From: Polyangiaceae bacterium
Lineage (GTDB): Bacteria; Myxococcota_A; Polyangia; Polyangiales; Polyangiaceae
Direction of reading: 5' to 3'
DNA length: 64,000 bases
NCBI GenBank assembly: GCA_050287085.1
Contig: JBNKBE010000010.1
Location: 128,001-192,000 of the forward strand
The notes under the pieces: generated by a model
Seen by the model: the letters and a program-made list of their open reading frames with translations, nothing else
The model's database searches: none
Told to the model about the DNA's origin: nothing
Part shown: one piece after another, positions 59,809 through 64,000 of the stretch
How the letters are laid out: each line of letters starts with the position of its first letter
Numbering within the stretch: position 1 is the first letter of the stretch
Position numbers and translations under genes: made by a program

Positions 59809-61020
59809 CTAGGCGTAGACTGGTGCGAACGCCTGCTCTGGGTCTTCTTTGGGGCCGCTTTCGCCCCAGTAGGGCGATAGCTTGCGGAGTTGGGCTACGA
59901 CAGCGGGTGTCTCCGCGATGACGTGGGCGACTTCGTCCGCCGTGGTATATGTGGACAGAGAGAAGCGAACGGTCCCGTGAGCGGCCGTATAGGGAATACC
60001 CATCGCTCGCATCACGTGGGACGGTTCGAGCGAGCCGGAGGTGCAGGCAGAGCCACTGGATGCGGCGATTCCGAGACGATTTAGCAGCAGCAGGATCGCT
60101 TCGCCTTCGATGAATTCGAAGGCGATATTGGCAGTATTGGGCAATCGATTCGTCGGATCACCGGTGACGAAACATCTGGGAATGGCTGCGAGCAGACCTT
60201 GTTCCAGACGATCGCGAAGAGCACGGACGTAGGTATTCTCCCGCGCCATGTTGGCCAGTGCGAGCTTGGCAGCCTCCCCAAGTGCTACGATTCCGGGGAC
60301 GTTCTCCGTTCCGGCGCGACGACCACGTTCCTGGTGTCCACCCCGAAGAAAGGGTCGGAAGCGTGTGCCCCGCTTCACGTAGAGGGCGCCCACTCCCTTG
60401 GGTGCGTGCAACTTATGTCCGGAAAGCGACAGCATGTCGATCTTGGTACTCTTGAGATCGAGAGGGATCTTTCCGACGGCCTGTACCGCATCTGTATGAA
60501 ACGGCACTCCTTGTTCGTGGGCCAGCTCAGCCATCTCAGGAATCGGAAAGAGCGTTCCGGTTTCGTTGTTTGCCCACATGACGGTTGCGATCGCGACCTG
60601 CTCTGACAAGGCCCTCTTATATTCGGCCATGTCCAGGCGCCCCTGTGAGTCGACGCCGAGCCAATGCACTTTGTAGCCCTCAGACTTCTCCAGGTAGGAG
60701 CAAACGTTGAGTACCGCAGGATGCTCCACTGTAGTTGTGATGAGCTCTTTGCGCTCGGGGTTGGCGCGGACGGCGGAGAGAATCGCAGTGGAGTCCGACT
60801 CGCTTCCACAGGAGGTGAATACGACTTCGGTAGAATGAGCCGCGCCCAGCAGTTCCTGCACTGCCTTACGGGCGTCGTTCAGCGACTTCGCAACGCGATT
60901 GCCGAAGCTGTGCATCGAGGACGGATTGCCAAACTGCTCGGTTAGGAACGGAAGCATGGCTGTCACGACCTCGGGGGCTACTTGGGTCGTTGCGTTGTTG
61001 TCGAGATAGACGTCGGGCAT
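59809..61020 (-). CDS. nifS: Cysteine desulfurase NifS
   Basis: YLDNNATT, SGHKLH, SSGSACTS. Confidence 0.97.
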   Translation of the reverse strand: MPDVYLDNNATTQVAPEVVTAMLPFLTEQFGNPSSMHSFGNRVAKSLNDARKAVQELLGAAHSTEVVFTSCGSESDSTAILSAVRANPERKELITTTVEHPAVLNVCSYLEKSEGYKVHWLGVDSQGRLDMAEYKRALSEQVAIATVMWANNETGTLFPIPEMAELAHEQGVPFHTDAVQAVGKIPLDLKSTKIDMLSLSGHKLHAPKGVGALYVKRGTRFRPFLRGGHQERGRRAGTENVPGIVALGEAAKLALANMARENTYVRALRDRLEQGLLAAIPRCFVTGDPTNRLPNTANIAFEFIEGEAILLLLNRLGIAASSGSACTSGSLEPSHVMRAMGIPYTAAHGTVRFSLSTYTTADEVAHVIAETPAVVAQLRKLSPYWGESGPKEDPEQAFAPVYA

Positions 61021-61023
61021 TGT

Positions 61024-61941
61024 TCAGCCTCCCATGTGCACTAGTTGCTTCTTGGCATGCTGAGGGACCACCTTCAGGAATTCGCCAGTGGCTTCCATCA
61101 ACTTCTGCTGAACAAGGCCGAGTGTGGCAGAAGCCAGAGAACACCCGGAACACGCCCCCGTTAGTTCTACGAGGACTTGATTGCCGTCGATGTCAAGCAG
61201 GCTGATATCGCCGCCGTCAGCTCGCAGTGTCGGCCGTACGCTCTCTATGGCCTCTTCGATCAGGCGGATGCGCTGCAGATCGGTGAGTTGAGCGGGGGCT
61301 GCCTTCTTGGCACGGGTTGATTCTTCGGGAAGCGGTGGCTCAGTGAGATGGCCAGCACCGCTTTCGTAGTCGTCGCCGGCCAGTACTTCCGCGAGAATGT
61401 CTTCGATCGACTCGTGGCAGCAGGCGCACCCACCGCCTGCTTTGGTGTAGTTGACGACATCTTGGACCGTAGAGAGATTGTTTTCCCGAATGACGCGCTC
61501 GATCATGGGCGCGTCAATGGCAAAGCACTTGCAAACCAGGGCACCTTCCTCGTGATCGTCGACCCACTCTTCGCCGCGGTAGTTTGCAACGGCTGCGTGT
61601 AGCGCCTCTCGGCCCATTACCGAGCAATGCATCTTCTCAGGGGGCAATCCTTCGAGGTAGGCCGCGATGTCGTTGTTCGTGACAGCCAGCGCATCGTCCA
61701 GCGTCATACCTTTTACAATCTCGGTGAGAGCAGAGGACGAGGCGATAGCGGAGCCGCAGCCAAACGTTTCAAAGCCCGCCTCGAGAATAACGTCTGTGTT
61801 GGGGTCGACTTTGAGTGTTAGTCGGAGTGCGTCCCCGCATGCGATCGAGCCGACCTCGCCAATTCCATTGGGAGCGTCGACTGCACCCGCGTTGCGCGGA
61901 TTGAAGAAATGGTCCTTAACCTTATCGGTGTAATCCCACAT
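61024..61941 (-). CDS. nifU: Fe-S scaffold NifU (three-domain)
   Basis: CGDAL, FGCGS, KMHCS, CKCF, GGGCAC, DGGD...GACSGC. Confidence 0.97.
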   Translation of the reverse strand: MWDYTDKVKDHFFNPRNAGAVDAPNGIGEVGSIACGDALRLTLKVDPNTDVILEAGFETFGCGSAIASSSALTEIVKGMTLDDALAVTNNDIAAYLEGLPPEKMHCSVMGREALHAAVANYRGEEWVDDHEEGALVCKCFAIDAPMIERVIRENNLSTVQDVVNYTKAGGGCACCHESIEDILAEVLAGDDYESGAGHLTEPPLPEESTRAKKAAPAQLTDLQRIRLIEEAIESVRPTLRADGGDISLLDIDGNQVLVELTGACSGCSLASATLGLVQQKLMEATGEFLKVVPQHAKKQLVHMGG

Positions 61942-61968
61942 GCTGGCCTCGTATCTGCGAATACCTGC

Positions 61969-62292
61969 CTAGCAGGCGAACGACTTGCCACAGTTGCAGG
62001 CGGCTGTGGCGTTGGGGTTTTGAAATTTGAATCCGGTCCCGTCGAGACCGTCTAGGAAGTCAAGCGTGACGCCTTCGAGCATCGGGGCACTTTCCGGATC
62101 AATGAAGACCCGCGCTTCGCCCTCGGTGATGACGGTGTCGTTGTCAGCAGCTCCAGTTTCCACTTTCATCTTGTACTGGAGACCGCTGCATCCTCCGTTT
62201 TCGACGGCGATGCGAACTCCGCTTTGGGTAGAGGACGCCGTCCCGGCGAACCGCACGACAGCGTTGACTGCGCTTTCTGTTAGCGTGAGCAT
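61969..62292 (-). CDS. iscA: IscA-nif (HesB family)
   Basis: GGCSGLQY, NPNA, CNCGKSF. Confidence 0.95.
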   Translation of the reverse strand: MLTLTESAVNAVVRFAGTASSTQSGVRIAVENGGCSGLQYKMKVETGAADNDTVITEGEARVFIDPESAPMLEGVTLDFLDGLDGTGFKFQNPNATAACNCGKSFAC

Positions 62293-62328
62293 CCGATGTT
62301 CTCCTTTGGTTGGCTGACACGAATAATG

Positions 62329-62344
62329 TGCACGCGCCGTGCCA
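62329..62344 (-). promoter_or_regulatory. Sigma54 promoter (iscA-nifUSV operon)
   Basis: TGGCACGGCGCGTGCA on the minus strand. Confidence 0.85.
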
Positions 62345-62483
62345 GCTCGGAATCTGACAAGTCCTGGAGTCAGTTGCCGCTGCGGTGGTGGAGAAGTTGC
62401 TGCTCAGGCCACGAGTCAGGCTGATGGCTACTGCTAGGTGCCGCCCTGAAACGCAGTCTACGACGTATCGAAACGCAGGCTGT

Positions 62484-62528
62484 TGTCACAAAGCAGACGC
62501 GACAGCGGCCTTTGTTGGAGTCGTGACA
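62484..62528 (-). promoter_or_regulatory. Paired NifA sites (iscA operon)
   Basis: TGT-N10-ACG at 62484-62499 and perfect TGT-TGGAGTCGTG-ACA at 62513-62528. Confidence 0.75.
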
Positions 62529-62590
62529 CGACCGACGGGTGGCGGTCACCGTATCACCGTGCGTGCGCGTCGACGCGCTGAACGGACGGG

Positions 62591-64000
62591 CTAGAAGCGC
62601 GGGACGTCTATCTTCAGGATCTGAATCCTGTACGCGACTTGTCGGGGCGTCATGCCAAGAAGTCGAGCCGCCTTCGCCTGCACCCAGCCGGCGCGTTCCA
62701 GGGCGGCCATGACCCTTTCTCGCTCATCAATGTTGGGATCGCGGAGATCGATTGTGGACGGCTGGTTGACACTGGCGGAGTGGGTTGTGAGTTCGCTCGA
62801 GACTCCTGCCATCGTGACCGCCTCATCATTGATGAGTCCGGCGCCGCTCATGATCGCTGCGCGTTCCAGGCAGTTTTCTAGTTCGCGCACGTTTCCAGGC
62901 CATTCAGCGGACTTCAGCAGACGTATCGCATCCTCGGTGATGCTCAGTTCTCGCTGTTGAACCCCCGCGAGCTTCTTGACGAGATGGACCGCGAGGTCAC
63001 CGATATCCTCCCGGCGATCGCGCAGCGGTGGCGTCAGAATTGGCATGACATTGAGCCGATAGAAGAGATCTTGACGGAACTTGTTTACCTCTACCTGTTG
63101 TTCCAGATCCTTGTTGGTCGCCGCAATGATTCGGACATCGGCCCTGAGCGTTTGGGTACCCCCCAGTCGCTCAAACTCGCCTTCCTGTAGTACACGCAGG
63201 AGCTTGGCTTGGAATGAGGGTGATATCTCTCCGATCTCATCCAAGAACAACGTTCCGCGGTGCGCTTGTTCAAAGCGACCACTGTGCCGTGCCACCGCAC
63301 CGGTGAAGGCTCCCTTTTCATGTCCGAAGAGCTCCGACTCGAGCAGGTTGTCGGGCAATGCTGCGCAGTTCAATTTGATGAATGGGCCTCGCGAGCGCTG
63401 GGAGCTATAATGAATGGCATGAGCTATGAGTTCCTTGCCAGTGCCCGACTCGCCCATGATCAAGACAGTGGTGTTCCACTTAGCGACCTGCCGCACCTGT
63501 GCAAAAACGCGACGCATCGCCGGTGTGTGGCCGACCAGATTCTCGAAGCCGTAGTGTGTTCCAGTGCTGGCAACGGCCGCCTGTCGAGCGCCATCAGATG
63601 ATGGCCAGCGAGCGGCTCCGTGTTGACCAACCAATGCGGCGCACATTTCGCAGAGCCGTGCAAAGGCGTCGAAGGCTTCTTCACTGAGAGATGGCTGAAT
63701 TTCGAGTACACCCGCTACCGCTCCGGCGGCGGTGCGAATTGGAACACCCACGAAGGGCATGGAAGAGTCATAGCTCGGGTTCTTGCCCACGAAGCGGTCA
63801 TCATCGCCGACCAACAGCGGCATGTGCAGTGGCTGTTCGCGTTCCGCTATCCAGCGTGCGGCACGGGAGTTGTTGATGCCTGCGGGGCGTGGGCTTCCGT
63901 CAGCAGCGTAGCTGGCGGCGACCTCCAGTGCGCTACCATCTTCGGTTAAGAACGAGATCTGTCCGAGTGCGGCTTGGGAGTGCTCGCATAGAACCCTCAA
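62591..64000 (-). CDS. nifA: Nif-specific sigma54 activator NifA (5' end outside the window)
   Basis: GAF remnant, [24 protein letters not shown], NifA-type [25 protein letters not shown]. Confidence 0.95.
   Translation of the reverse strand: MRVLCEHSQAALGQISFLTEDGSALEVAASYAADGSPRPAGINNSRAARWIAEREQPLHMPLLVGDDDRFVGKNPSYDSSMPFVGVPIRTAAGAVAGVLEIQPSLSEEAFDAFARLCEMCAALVGQHGAARWPSSDGARQAAVASTGTHYGFENLVGHTPAMRRVFAQVRQVAKWNTTVLIMGESGTGKELIAHAIHYSSQRSRGPFIKLNCAALPDNLLESELFGHEKGAFTGAVARHSGRFEQAHRGTLFLDEIGEISPSFQAKLLRVLQEGEFERLGGTQTLRADVRIIAATNKDLEQQVEVNKFRQDLFYRLNVMPILTPPLRDRREDIGDLAVHLVKKLAGVQQRELSITEDAIRLLKSAEWPGNVRELENCLERAAIMSGAGLINDEAVTMAGVSSELTTHSASVNQPSTIDLRDPNIDERERVMAALERAGWVQAKAARLLGMTPRQVAYRIQILKIDVPRF

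Overview
High-GC bacterial DNA in two parts. (1) About 1-37.6 kb is a mixed accessory and housekeeping region. Its exported proteins look like those of Myxococcota (a TPR+PEGA protein, lipoproteins with Gly/Ala- or Asp-rich linkers); this host assignment is inferred, not shown. The region holds an osmoprotectant ABC transporter, TetR-lpdA, yghU, HxlR-fabF, pirin, a YcaQ/AlkZ glycosylase, several unusual exported proteins and a lipoxygenase / catalase-related protein / delta-9 desaturase cluster. (2) About 38-64 kb is a near-complete, apparently intact Group I Mo-nitrogenase cluster of Azotobacter/gammaproteobacterial type: nifA (partial), iscA-nifUSVWM-clpX-SIR2-like, grx-bolA-rhodanese, nifHDKTY-ENX-fdxB-nifB-fdxN-nifQ-lrv, and a separate nifZ-nifX2-Gre-like operon. 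Four sigma54 promoters are readable, each with NifA-type upstream sites. Main candidate discovery: a horizontally acquired, rearranged and host-adapted gammaproteobacterial-type nif system in an apparent myxobacterium, next to a putative oxylipin pathway. No rRNA, tRNA, CRISPR array, integrase or transposase was recognised. All family calls are by motif recognition; no searches were run.
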